Under the pieces are notes generated by a model that did not search any database, had not been told where the DNA came from, and saw only the letters and a program-made list of their open reading frames with translations. From IMG/VR virus record IMGVR_UViG_3300023687_000086: a stretch of 64,000 nt of DNA; one strand, 5' to 3'. The stretch comes from an uncultured virus (IMG/VR IMGVR_UViG_3300023687_000086). Its lineage: Duplodnaviria; Heunggongvirae; Uroviricota; Caudoviricetes. Shown piece after piece: positions 38,910 through 49,350 of the stretch (within the stretch, counting starts at the first letter, position 1; each line of letters begins with the position of its first letter). The position numbers and the translations under genes were made by a program.

Positions 38910-41186
38910 TTATGCCCATTTCTTTAGGGTTTCAATGTTTGGATTATTGCTAAGTGCATACCATTTCTTCTTGTCGTTATCCCATCTAGCTCCAAGGCCT
39001 TTTGCAGTCTCTTTGTCGTCAAATGGAACATCCAAGTAGATCTTCTTTGCGGATTTAACTGTTTTTGTTACCTTTCCACCAGGTAACCACTTTTCGAACT
39101 TCGAAATATCAGCATTTTTTGGTACGTACCATGCTTTCTTTTGCATATCGAACCACGCACCCAATTTCTTAACCTCATCCTTATCTGCCCACGGTACATC
39201 CAAATATGTCTGAACATTGTCTTTGGATGGTCCCTTCGTTTTGCCAGGTCGGTCCGGTAACTTCTTCGCTAATTCCGCTACGATTTGATTTGGCTCCGTT
39301 GCCTTAATAATATCAATGTAGTGCGAAATGTACTGATTCAATTTGCTGATGTACTTATCCTGCGACATCTTACCGTCAGCAACGAGCGACAATCCTCGTT
39401 CCCACTCAGCAGTCATCTTCGGATTCAACAGATCCGGAATCGTTTGACGAACAATCTCATATACAACATATCCAAATGGAGCAACGCTAATTACCTGTGT
39501 CTTATTATTAAGCTTCAGATACTCATTTGCTACCAACTTATCAAGTGTTGCGCCACGCGTAGCAGACGTTCCGATACCAGAACCCTTGATTTGCTCACGA
39601 AGCTCTTCGTCCTCAATAAATTTACCAGCATTTTCCATTGCACCAATTAAAGTGTCCGTTGTATAGTGCTTTGGCGGGTTCGTTGTTCCTTCTGTTACAG
39701 AATAGTCACACGCAAATGTCTGTCCAGCCACAAGATTCTTTGCGGATTCTGGTAAACCGTCCTTTTGTTGTGGGATACCTGCAACTGTTAAGTACCCAGG
39801 ATTCTTTAATACGGAACCGGACAAATAGAATCTTTCTCCACGAGCATCGTCCTTTGTGATAATAGACGTCTTTTCATACTCTGCAGGTGGCATAAATATG
39901 GATAAGAATCGTCTTACAATAAGTTCGAACACGTCCTTTTCGATTGGTTCCAACTTGGACACCAGACTCAGGTTTTCTCCGGTAGGAATAATTGCGTAGT
40001 GGTCCTCAATCTTGCTGTCATTCGTATAACGTGTGTTTGCAATATTCTTATAAGAACCACTTGCCATGATCGAAGATGCAGCTCCGCTAATAGACGAATC
40101 ATGATAACGAATCAATGACTGGATGTTCTCATCGATTTCTTTAGCGATTGCTGTAGATAAGTATCTAGCATCCGTTCTTGGATATGTAAGCATCTTCTTT
40201 TCGTACAATCCCTGAATAATAGTAAGGGTTTGCGATGGTGAAATCTTAAACATTCGAGAGCATGTCATCTGCAACTCTGCTAAGTTGAACAGCAACGGAG
40301 CACTCTTCTGTTCTGTCTTCACATCCTTTGATTCTACAATTTGATTACGGCCAAGGCCTGCTGCAAATTGTTCTGCAAAACGCTTATTCTTAAAACCGGT
40401 GTCATTATATAAGAACGGTTCAATCTTCGGATAAATTGGATTTGTCTCGGTTGCTTTCCATCCAAGCGTTACATTTGCACCGTTTAATGTGGTATTAATC
40501 TTATAGAAGTTCGTTGGAACGAAATTCTCAATTTCACGTTCACGATCAACTACAAGCCCGAGTACAGCAGTCATAACACGTCCAACAGCTACTGGCAACT
40601 TACCACCGGTCGTCTTTTCGAATCGCTTTGACAAACCTCTGGAAAAGTTAATGCCAAATGCATAATCTTCAATGTTTCTTGCAACTGCAGCATCACGGAT
40701 GTCGTTATAAGCCTCAACTGGCTTCGCCTCTCGCAATGCTCTCATTACTTCCTCTTCCGTCTGAGAAGAAATCCACATTACTCGCTCCTTTATTCCGGGA
40801 TTCAGTCCGGCCATCTGACGAACCAAGTACTGAATTAATACTCCTTCCCGAGCCGGATCAGGGCAGTAAAATAATGTATCCACATCGGATCTGTGGTAAA
40901 TCGTCTTAATAATTTCGAACTGCTTTATTGTATCCTGGATTGGACGATACTTATATGTCTTTGGTAAGAACGGAAGCGCATCAAGCGACCAAGTCTTTAG
41001 ACTTTCATCATAGTCTTCCGGATAACACATCGTAATTAGGTGACCAAAACACCAGGTTACAATCCACTCATCACTCTCGCCATAGCCAATACCGTTGTTA
41101 GAGTGATTTGTAAATCCGCCAAGATAACCCATAATCGTACGCGCAACCGACGGCTTCTCGCAAATAATAATGTTCTTTTTACTCAT
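38910..41186 (-). CDS. topB: Type IA topoisomerase III with two C-terminal DUF5710-like repeats
   Basis: ICEKPSVA, DPAREG, GRVMT, TYPRTD, GIGTSATR; YLDVP..DK...K.LGA repeat x2. Confidence 0.92.
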   Translation of the reverse strand: MSKKNIIICEKPSVARTIMGYLGGFTNHSNNGIGYGESDEWIVTWCFGHLITMCYPEDYDESLKTWSLDALPFLPKTYKYRPIQDTIKQFEIIKTIYHRSDVDTLFYCPDPAREGVLIQYLVRQMAGLNPGIKERVMWISSQTEEEVMRALREAKPVEAYNDIRDAAVARNIEDYAFGINFSRGLSKRFEKTTGGKLPVAVGRVMTAVLGLVVDREREIENFVPTNFYKINTTLNGANVTLGWKATETNPIYPKIEPFLYNDTGFKNKRFAEQFAAGLGRNQIVESKDVKTEQKSAPLLFNLAELQMTCSRMFKISPSQTLTIIQGLYEKKMLTYPRTDARYLSTAIAKEIDENIQSLIRYHDSSISGAASSIMASGSYKNIANTRYTNDSKIEDHYAIIPTGENLSLVSKLEPIEKDVFELIVRRFLSIFMPPAEYEKTSIITKDDARGERFYLSGSVLKNPGYLTVAGIPQQKDGLPESAKNLVAGQTFACDYSVTEGTTNPPKHYTTDTLIGAMENAGKFIEDEELREQIKGSGIGTSATRGATLDKLVANEYLKLNNKTQVISVAPFGYVVYEIVRQTIPDLLNPKMTAEWERGLSLVADGKMSQDKYISKLNQYISHYIDIIKATEPNQIVAELAKKLPDRPGKTKGPSKDNVQTYLDVPWADKDEVKKLGAWFDMQKKAWYVPKNADISKFEKWLPGGKVTKTVKSAKKIYLDVPFDDKETAKGLGARWDNDKKKWYALSNNPNIETLKKWA

Positions 41187-41370
41187 TCGAATCTTCCTCC
41201 TTTTGTAATTTTTCCTTATGTCGCATGACATCTAATAAGATTTCATTGATGATGATTACGAACGCAATTGCTGCCACTGAATTACTTGGGCCACGAAATA
41301 TGCAACCAAGTAGAATGAAACTTGAAAAGTAATCCAAACATTCCATCGTGTTTCTTAGCTTCTTTTTCAT
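41179..41370 (-). CDS. Small hypothetical membrane protein
   Basis: RBS GAAAGG, promoter motif at 41416, stop overlaps the topB start. Confidence 0.5.
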   Translation of the reverse strand: MKKKLRNTMECLDYFSSFILLGCIFRGPSNSVAAIAFVIIINEILLDVMRHKEKLQKEEDSNE

Positions 41371-41463
41371 TTCTTTTCCTTTCTAAGCGCATCTGATTGA
41401 AGATACTAATGATTATTAAATATGGAACAAAAATAGAGACACCAAAACGGTGTCTCCATTCCA

Positions 41464-43023
41464 CTATGCATATATAACTTCAGCAAAGATACCAAGTTCT
41501 AGATGCTTCTTGATATCCTCGTCCGTAAAGCTACGTTTTGTACGCAAATCATTGTCCAATGATACCAGGTTCGTCTGGAACACATCTTCCGTGATTCCTT
41601 CATCCTCAGAAAAGATTCTAGGTTTGCGTTCCGGATTATTGAATGTTAATACTGCATACTGAATATGACCAGCACTCTTAATCTCAGCCTTTAATACGTC
41701 CAATTTCTCAAAGAACGTATCCATGTTTGAGAACACGAAAAGTTGAGACGCCGACGTAACAATAAATAAGTTACAACAGAAATGGCCACCACGGTTGATG
41801 CCATCAATGATATCGCCTAACACACCAGCTTCTGTTGCGTTGTGCTCATATACAATATGTTCCTTGTATTCACCACTAACATCATCTGTAGCACCTTTCG
41901 GATCAAATGCTTCGGCCGCCTTGATTATTTCAGCTTTCTCATCCACAACTTTTTTAGGGTCCCTAATTTCCGGCTCCGGTCGAACAGACATTACACGAGG
42001 TTGACTCTCGGGGAGTGGTTTCTTGTTTTGACCCGACTGATTTTTAGAAGGCTTGTTCTTTTTATTCTTCTTTGTTACCTTTGGCGTAATCTCTGCCTGC
42101 GCAGGTAAATCTGGTTCCGGCTGAACGAACGTAGGGGCTGGCACCGCTTCTAATTCGAAAGTCTCGAATATATTTGCGTCCGTAACATCTTCTACTTTTG
42201 CCGATTGGAGTTCTGATTCTGGAACAACAATTGGTTCTTCGATAACGGGTTCTTCTTTCTTCTTCGATTTACCCTTTTGAGATCCTCCAAAGATACCCTT
42301 CTTTTTGCTCGAATCTGCCAGCTTCTGCTTAAACACACCCTTCCAGTATGTATTCCATTCCTCTTCGTCGTAAAATTCAACAGCAGCGTATTCCCAGTTT
42401 TCATGATATGTCGGCGGCGTAATTTTAGCACCGCGAAGTACAAACTGCAGCTTCATCGCGAACATATAATCCAATCTCGGTTCCTTCTTATCAGTAACAG
42501 AAATAACAGATGAAATAAATGGTAGGCCCTCTTTATACGCCTGGACCTGTTCTCTAGATGCCCCAACAGACACCAAATCAAATGGCATCACTTGTCCAAA
42601 TTGGTTCGCATAATCACGATCAAATGCTTCGACCAACTCAATATTGCTATCTGATGAATCAATAACCAAATACATTTTATTCATGTCGTTCGGGAATTCG
42701 TACATAAAGTTGACTTGCCCGAAGTCATAAATGCATACGTCTTCTACCGGTTCCAAATTTAACGGTTCCTGTTCCAAAGGCCATACTTCTTTATTGGTAA
42801 TCTTTATTTCCGGATAATAATGGACTTTATTAATAGTAAATGTGCCGTCTAATTCAACATTATTCTTTACGCGATGATATTCTGGTTTATCAATTTTTCC
42901 GGTCTTTTCGATTAGAGCGACACTTTGTTCATCGTCTCCAGCCATAAAGTTCGCAACGTGAATCGCAATGGCTGTACAACCAACATTCGGTTTTAATGAA
43001 AAAAATCCAATTTTAAAACTCAT
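41464..43023 (-). CDS. Hypothetical protein with degenerate MinD/ParA-like N-terminus
   Basis: IGFFSLKPNVGCTAIAIHVA...VALIE. Confidence 0.6.
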   Translation of the reverse strand: MSFKIGFFSLKPNVGCTAIAIHVANFMAGDDEQSVALIEKTGKIDKPEYHRVKNNVELDGTFTINKVHYYPEIKITNKEVWPLEQEPLNLEPVEDVCIYDFGQVNFMYEFPNDMNKMYLVIDSSDSNIELVEAFDRDYANQFGQVMPFDLVSVGASREQVQAYKEGLPFISSVISVTDKKEPRLDYMFAMKLQFVLRGAKITPPTYHENWEYAAVEFYDEEEWNTYWKGVFKQKLADSSKKKGIFGGSQKGKSKKKEEPVIEEPIVVPESELQSAKVEDVTDANIFETFELEAVPAPTFVQPEPDLPAQAEITPKVTKKNKKNKPSKNQSGQNKKPLPESQPRVMSVRPEPEIRDPKKVVDEKAEIIKAAEAFDPKGATDDVSGEYKEHIVYEHNATEAGVLGDIIDGINRGGHFCCNLFIVTSASQLFVFSNMDTFFEKLDVLKAEIKSAGHIQYAVLTFNNPERKPRIFSEDEGITEDVFQTNLVSLDNDLRTKRSFTDEDIKKHLELGIFAEVIYA

Positions 43024-43115
43024 ATTATTCCTCCAGTCTTTTATGTCATAAATATGAACTGATTTTTTACAAACAAGAAAGAAGCCTCATTTTAGAGGCT
43101 CCTTTTTGTATTATG

Positions 43116-44465
43116 TTAGTACGATTCACTAACGCCATCGTGATCAAGATCAACTCTTTCGCGCCGGTCATTAACGCCATTGTGATCTCTATCTTCCCAG
43201 TATCGGAGCTGTTCGTCCGTATATCCAAGAGAACGACGATATTCATATCCTTGTTCAAGGTACTTTTGTTCTTGCACCCGGAACGAATACGCAAGCTTTT
43301 CGTTTCCGTCTTTGCGAATACCTTCCTCGATATTACGTCTACGGTTCTCTTCTATCATAAGGCGTTCTCTTTGTTGCTGAATTATATACTCTTGCTGCTG
43401 AGCCTTTTCTCTTAACTCTTTTACTTGCTTTTCTAATTCATCAACACGGTTTCTAGTCTTTTGCATTCTAGAGGCGCCAACTTTAATCTCCTGCATACGC
43501 TCTGACAAATCGAAGTTTCGAACACGAAGGTCTCGAATCGTCTCTTTTGCTTCGTCCAAAGTTTTTGGCATATCTTTAGCCATTTCCTTTGCCAGACGAA
43601 CTTTATACTCTTTGGTCGTAATGTTGTTAATCCGCTGCGAGTTTCGTTCGCCCCTATGGTACCCAATGTAAGATACTGCATTTGCGTATTCGTCCTGGAT
43701 GTTTCCAAAGACAGCTTCCTTACCAAGCATCTCATAGTAGTTTAATCTTTCGATACCATCCTTATCCTTGACGAGCGGCGTACACATAATATGAATATGC
43801 GGGGTCTGTTCGTCCATATGCAGCTGTGCGGATACGACATTCTCCTCACCGAACCGTTCTTTTGCGAATACAACGGTAGCAGAACACCATTCATCGAACT
43901 CGCCCTGGTTCAGCGGCATTTTGAAGTAGCCTTTGCCAATCATTGGATTTCCGTCCTTGTCAAGAACCGGATTTCCACCTGGATCCGTTACCGGTTTTCC
44001 GGCAGTCGCGATTTCAGCAACATCTACCCTCGCATCCTCCGGAAGCGGAACGACATTCCCTTTCTCATCAAACTTGGACCAAATCATATCACCTGGGTAC
44101 GCCATTTCCATTTCGAACGCCAATACTCGGTCGTACCTATCGTTCGTTCGGTCCTTTGACGCCTTAAGAGCCTTTCCGTCTGAGTAACGAACAACATCTT
44201 CTCCATAAATTGGAACGTTGTCATTCGTATACTGCTTTCCAGAAATGCGGTTAATCAAATTAAGATAGATATCTTCCTGCGATTGGCCGTCCAACAAATC
44301 TTTGTTCATGAACTCGCGCCGCTTATCGATATGGGCACCGCGTCCTTCTTTTCCGATTCGGTTGTTATGACGTACCGCAGCTTTGATTGACTGCGCGGAC
44401 TTGAAATTCGATTTTATACTTATTTGCGCTGTGTGGCTTGTGTGATGAATTGCACTGTATGCCAT
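43116..44465 (-). CDS. MobV/Mob_Pre-family relaxase
   Basis: RHNNR; FGEENVVSAQLHMDEQTPHIH; QDEY; C-terminal coiled coil. Confidence 0.88.
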   Translation of the reverse strand: MAYSAIHHTSHTAQISIKSNFKSAQSIKAAVRHNNRIGKEGRGAHIDKRREFMNKDLLDGQSQEDIYLNLINRISGKQYTNDNVPIYGEDVVRYSDGKALKASKDRTNDRYDRVLAFEMEMAYPGDMIWSKFDEKGNVVPLPEDARVDVAEIATAGKPVTDPGGNPVLDKDGNPMIGKGYFKMPLNQGEFDEWCSATVVFAKERFGEENVVSAQLHMDEQTPHIHIMCTPLVKDKDGIERLNYYEMLGKEAVFGNIQDEYANAVSYIGYHRGERNSQRINNITTKEYKVRLAKEMAKDMPKTLDEAKETIRDLRVRNFDLSERMQEIKVGASRMQKTRNRVDELEKQVKELREKAQQQEYIIQQQRERLMIEENRRRNIEEGIRKDGNEKLAYSFRVQEQKYLEQGYEYRRSLGYTDEQLRYWEDRDHNGVNDRRERVDLDHDGVSESY

Positions 44466-44530
44466 AATCAATCACCCCTTTCTTTCTTGGCATTAATTAA
44501 ATATGGTACAGTTTTGCTGCGAACAAAAAG

Positions 44531-45977
44531 AATCACGTGATTCAATATCCGTATCTCAGGTGTATCCAATATCCGTTCCACCATCTTCGCACCACAATCT
44601 ACGACCCACAATCTTCGCGCCCTCATCTTCGCGCCACCATTATCGCCCCATTATCTCCGCCGCCATCCAGTTCTACCATCTGTTTCCACCTTTTCGGCCC
44701 ACCTATCCGGTCTAATATCCCCGTGCTACCAACCGCCAATTACGGAACAAATCATCCGATAATATGATTTTGTGCCGTTATTAGAACAATCCACGAACCA
44801 AATAACACGAATCCAACCATCGTCCCACCAATTCGAACCATCAATCGATTCTGATTTCACGGTTCCAGCCACACCGCGCCACCAATTCGCCTCTAATTCT
44901 ATCCACACCGATTAACCGCCACCAGCTATTGGCACCACCACCTCGACGCTATTTACCAGCATCAATGCATTCGCACCCAAGACATTGGTACCACCCTTTT
45001 CCTATATGAATCCACAATTATGTACCGAGTATATTGGTGCGTAGCGGCTTGTTCCGCATGGATATAGCACCGGGTATGTTGGTACGGCATTCAACGGCCC
45101 AAACTATTCGCCCCGGGATATTCATACCAAGTATATCGGTACACTTATCTAGAGCCTAAGCCAATCATACGTACCAAGTATGTCGGTACATTTTTATTCG
45201 GGTGTTGATTGTCGGCTGGCGTAATTTATACCAAGTATATATGGTGCTATTCTCTGCCGGCAGCAGGTATTGGACCCCATATTTTCATACCACCTATACA
45301 TGGTGCCAACTTTTCGATCTAATGTGCTTTGTCCGGGAATAGTCGCACCACATATACTCGGTACAGTCATTTCGTTCCTTGCAAGCAAACACGTACCAAA
45401 TAAAGACGGTACAAAGATTGTGGTGCAAAATGAATCGATGCAAAGAATATGTACCAAATAAAGACGGTACGAATGTAAGGTGCTACCATACCGCTATACC
45501 TGGTATGTAGGTAACAAGCCAACGCACCGAATATACTTGGTGCAAAAATCATGGTACGAATCAATCGAACGATAATAAAAGCACCATCTTATCTGGTGCG
45601 AAAGATATGCCACCGGCTGGTACAAATAGCTCCTCGCCCCGAATAATTGGTACCAAATCATTGAATCCAATAGACAGGCCACGTAAAATTAGCCTCGAGA
45701 ATCGCAGATTAACGTAGGAATAGGGTACGAAAGGTAGGGGCGTAGATTGTAGAACAAGGATTTTGGAAACCGCGTTGTGATACGAAGCTTTGGGATAAAG
45801 GAAGAGATACCGGAGTCGCACCGGTTAGTTGATTAATTATTTCAGGTGCATGTGTTTTGGGGTCGTAGGTGGATGCCAGTGATTTTGAATGTGAATTGCG
45901 CACCAAAAGGGTTGAATCGAGGGTAAATGGTGCGTAATTGAGGTACACCTGAGATACGGATACCCAATCACGTGATT
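44531..45977. repeat. Dyad-symmetric non-coding block with terminal inverted repeats and a palindrome array
   Basis: IR 44531-44564 / 45944-45977 (31/34); RYACC-N9/10-GGTRY boxes between 44973 and 45653. Confidence 0.85.
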
Positions 45978-46177
45978 ATATTTTGGCGCCCTCATCCACA
46001 AAAACTGGTCCAGGCCCCAGCCAAAAGTGCCGCAAAAGCGCGCCATTTTACGATTAAAGAATGAGTACCAAAATCAGTCGAATAATTATCACGCGATTAT
46101 ATTCACGCGTTTGTTTTCGTGTGAAAATCCATAATCGTCTTCATGATGAATTGTATTTATTTTCGTACACCAAAAAA

Positions 46178-46211
46178 GTTTGTCACAAAACAAATAAAAA
46201 TGATACGTATT
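46178..46211 (+). promoter_or_regulatory. Class-2 motif
   Basis: Exact copy; points into the AT-rich repeat tract. Confidence 0.7.
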
Positions 46212-46235
46212 AAGTTCGTGGATACGGCACCATAA

Positions 46236-46580
46236 TTTTCGTACGTATATATACGAACAATAAATAATCGTTCTAATAATTCGTACGTCTTTTATGGATA
46301 CCAAGAACAAGTATCAATAACAAGTACCATTCTCTACGAACTAATTAGTACGTATATTAGGTACCATAATTAGATATCACTATTCGTATCCTAGAAATAT
46401 ACGTTCATTTTAAACATATAATATATAACTAAGGTTATATATCTATACTCTACTACTAATCTTTACAGTATCTATATTGGTACGTATATTAGAACGATTA
46501 TATTAGTACGGATTAATAATCACGTATTCTTTAAAGAACCAATATAAGTACGAATTATCGTTCAACAATATATACGTATA
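46236..46580. repeat. AT-rich tract with recurring GTAC/TACG words
   Basis: GTACGTATATTAG at 46348 and 46480; GTACGTATAT at 46241. Confidence 0.6.
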
Positions 46581-46624
46581 TCAAATTTATCATTCTAGTT
46601 TTTATTTGATTCCGAAAAATACTC

Positions 46625-46633
46625 CATATTTAA
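46625..46633 (+). promoter_or_regulatory. Class-1 motif CATATTTAA (representative copy, recJ)
   Basis: Same motif as before the - strand genes, here flipped with gene direction. Confidence 0.8.
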
Positions 46634-46671
46634 ACTGAACTTAAAACATGCATATGAAAGGAGAATGAAAA

Positions 46672-48348
46672 ATGGCATGGATTAAAAGAAGCATTTTAAA
46701 CACTGTATCGGAGATCGTAATGGAACGAACCGGTATGACAGAAGACGAACTGGTAAACGATTCCAGAGTGTACTTCTACCCTAACATCCCGGAAGCTGCA
46801 GCTTTGACTGTTAAACATATCAAGGAAAATCACGTAATCCGTTGCTACGGAGACTACGATACGGACGGCGTTACGTCTCTGTTTATCTTGGAAGACGGAT
46901 TCAAGACAATCGGTTACGATAATGTTGAATTCATCGCTCCAAGACGATTTTCTGACGGATATGGAATTAACGTTGCTAGAGTTAAGGACCTGTATGAGGA
47001 AGGCTGCCAGTTGCTTATCACCATCGATAACGGTATTGCAGCGCTTGATGCGATTCAGTTGGCACGAACTCTTGGAATGGATGTAATTATCCTGGATCAC
47101 CACGAAGCATTTGTAAACGAAACCGGTAGCATTGAACTTCCGAATGCAAATGTAATCGTCGATCCACACGTAACCGGCGGCTTTGTAGTTGGCGAAAATC
47201 ATAGGTTTGAAGACTTATGTGGCGCAGGAATCGGATACTATTTCATCAAAGAACTATTCACGCAGCTCGAGCTAAATCCGAATCTTTATGAGGACGCGAT
47301 GCATGAAATTACGATTGCAGCAGGTATTGGAACTGTAGGAGACTTGGTTGAGCTCGTAGACGACAATCGTCGAATCGTAAGACGTGCGTTAGAGTACATG
47401 TCCAAAGGATATGGTACCGCCGGACTTCGTTGCTTGATGGAGGAACTTAATATTGATCATCCAAGTAGCACTGATATCGGATTCGGAATCAGTCCTTGTA
47501 TCAACGCAAGTGGTCGATTATATGACACTGGCGCCGAAATGATGGTCAAGATGTTAATGCATCGAGAGTGTGACGAAGAACTGGCTCGAATGGTATCTGA
47601 TGCGAAAAAGACGAACGACGATCGTAAAGAGATGACTCGTAAAGCTGTAGCAAAGGCTGAGGATATGATGCTTGATCGTGGTGACGAAAGCGTTATCGTG
47701 TTACTCGACGACGAACTCTCTCCGGGTATCGCAGGCCTCGTGTCTTCTTCTTTGACAGAAACATATTATCGCCCGTCAATTGTTTTGACCAAAAATGCGC
47801 TGAACGTTTGCAAAGGATCCGGACGTTCTATTCCGGAGGTCGACTTGAAGGGCTCCTTGGACCAGGTTCAGAACTTACTGCTTGCATACGGTGGTCACCC
47901 AATGGCAGCAGGTGTTTCCATGAAGGCTGAAAATGTTGATGCCTTCCGGGATGCCATTTGCGCAGTTGTACCTAAGATTCCGATGCCTACGGACCGTTAT
48001 TACGATATCGAAGCTTCGACCGATATTACCGAATTAACCGAGATTCTTAAATCCATCGAAAAATTCGAACCATACGGTCAGGGAAACGAACCGCTTACGG
48101 TCTTTATTCCAGGAATCGAACTTGGAGACTCCATGGGAAATACGCATCGTATGATTGGAAAAGACAAGACGCATGTTAAGTTTATGCTTAAGAATAAGCT
48201 CGACATGGTTTGGTTTGATGGGGCCGCTGAGTACAATTTACTCGGTAAGCCAAAGAAGATCGACGTTTTGTGCGAATTGGGATGGAACTCGTTCAACGGA
48301 AATACTTTTGTTCAGGTTCGAATCAAACGACTTCGACCAGCAATGTAA
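46672..48348 (+). CDS. recJ: ssDNA exonuclease RecJ
   Basis: GDYDTDG, ITIDNG, ILDHH, INASGRL, GSGRS, GGHPMAAG, EPYGQGN. Confidence 0.93.
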   Translation: MAWIKRSILNTVSEIVMERTGMTEDELVNDSRVYFYPNIPEAAALTVKHIKENHVIRCYGDYDTDGVTSLFILEDGFKTIGYDNVEFIAPRRFSDGYGINVARVKDLYEEGCQLLITIDNGIAALDAIQLARTLGMDVIILDHHEAFVNETGSIELPNANVIVDPHVTGGFVVGENHRFEDLCGAGIGYYFIKELFTQLELNPNLYEDAMHEITIAAGIGTVGDLVELVDDNRRIVRRALEYMSKGYGTAGLRCLMEELNIDHPSSTDIGFGISPCINASGRLYDTGAEMMVKMLMHRECDEELARMVSDAKKTNDDRKEMTRKAVAKAEDMMLDRGDESVIVLLDDELSPGIAGLVSSSLTETYYRPSIVLTKNALNVCKGSGRSIPEVDLKGSLDQVQNLLLAYGGHPMAAGVSMKAENVDAFRDAICAVVPKIPMPTDRYYDIEASTDITELTEILKSIEKFEPYGQGNEPLTVFIPGIELGDSMGNTHRMIGKDKTHVKFMLKNKLDMVWFDGAAEYNLLGKPKKIDVLCELGWNSFNGNTFVQVRIKRLRPAM

Positions 48349-48400
48349 CAACAGAATAGGGCCTAGTAATAGGCTCTATTTTTTTAGGAGGAATACATCT

Positions 48401-48697
48401 ATGAAGAAGAACAGATTATCAAATAAAGCTTTCAACTTGATTCTAAAGAAGATTGGTCTATACCAGGACGAAGTATCAATGGAGTCTGGCTATTACATCA
48501 CCAAAACTGTAGAATCCTGTTCTGGTAACGAATCATGTGACTATTTACGAGACGAAGATGGGAATTCGTTAATTTTTGATACAAGAGAAGATGCTGTAAA
48601 TTATTTGTCAAGTGACGCAATTAAAGAATCTGATGGTATGTACACAATTACAACTGAATCTTCACTTATAACATATCGAATTGTAAGAATCAACTAA
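48401..48697 (+). CDS. Hypothetical protein
   Basis: RBS AGGAGG before ATG 48401. Confidence 0.6.
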   Translation: MKKNRLSNKAFNLILKKIGLYQDEVSMESGYYITKTVESCSGNESCDYLRDEDGNSLIFDTREDAVNYLSSDAIKESDGMYTITTESSLITYRIVRIN

Positions 48698-48716
48698 AAT
48701 CTTACACACCCGTGAA

Positions 48717-48750
48717 TTTTGTCACAAAATAAGGTCCAATGATACGTATT
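48717..48750 (+). promoter_or_regulatory. Class-2 motif
   Basis: Exact copy upstream of 48797. Confidence 0.75.
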
Positions 48751-48796
48751 AGTATTGTGAGACGGAAAATTTCTAACTAGAAAGTGGGAATTAGAG

Positions 48797-49279
48797 ATGA
48801 CAAGTAAAATTCTAAAGAGTAGATTTCAACCGGAACCGCACGAGTTCCGAATCTTCAAGCCTGAAATTGAGGCTTTCTATGATGCTGTTAGGAACAATGA
48901 TTACATGAAGCAGCAAAGTCTATTGCACAATAACAATGGTACCGGATTAGCAGATATATTCCACAGTGACTATATAACTGCAAGCATCGTTAACGGAAAT
49001 CCGATTTTTACAAAGACACGTTGGATTTCTTACTTAGCATACGAATTACCATCTGCGAACCGTAAGTGGTCCAATGAAGAAAAGACATTGATTGAAGCAT
49101 TGTGCATTGCAATTGAAAACTTTGGTAATAATGAACTTCAGCAGCAAACGATCAACTACTTAAGAACTCATCTTAAGGAGACATACAAGGAATATAAGCA
49201 GTTGATTATTGGTCAGAAGGAAAAATTAATCGAGCTGCACAAGTTTGAGAATATCGAAGGCATCGATAATATCGCATAA
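48797..49279 (+). CDS. Hypothetical protein
   Basis: 160 aa ORF. Confidence 0.7.
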   Translation: MTSKILKSRFQPEPHEFRIFKPEIEAFYDAVRNNDYMKQQSLLHNNNGTGLADIFHSDYITASIVNGNPIFTKTRWISYLAYELPSANRKWSNEEKTLIEALCIAIENFGNNELQQQTINYLRTHLKETYKEYKQLIIGQKEKLIELHKFENIEGIDNIA

Positions 49280-49350
49280 TTTTTTATATCCAAAAAGTTG
49301 GCCCATATTTAATTCGAATTACTAATACCATAGATAAGGAGGATTAAAAT

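Noticed and set aside
44973..45653. CRISPR array
   Set aside because: Units are only 19-20 bp, degenerate, unevenly spaced and flip orientation midway; no cas genes in the window
44531..45977. MITE or IS remnant
   Set aside because: No target-site duplication or transposase remnant seen, and the internal mirror symmetry is not typical; not fully excluded
44503..46310. Short ORFs in the symmetric block
   Set aside because: No RBS or recognisable motifs; by-products of skewed, repetitive composition
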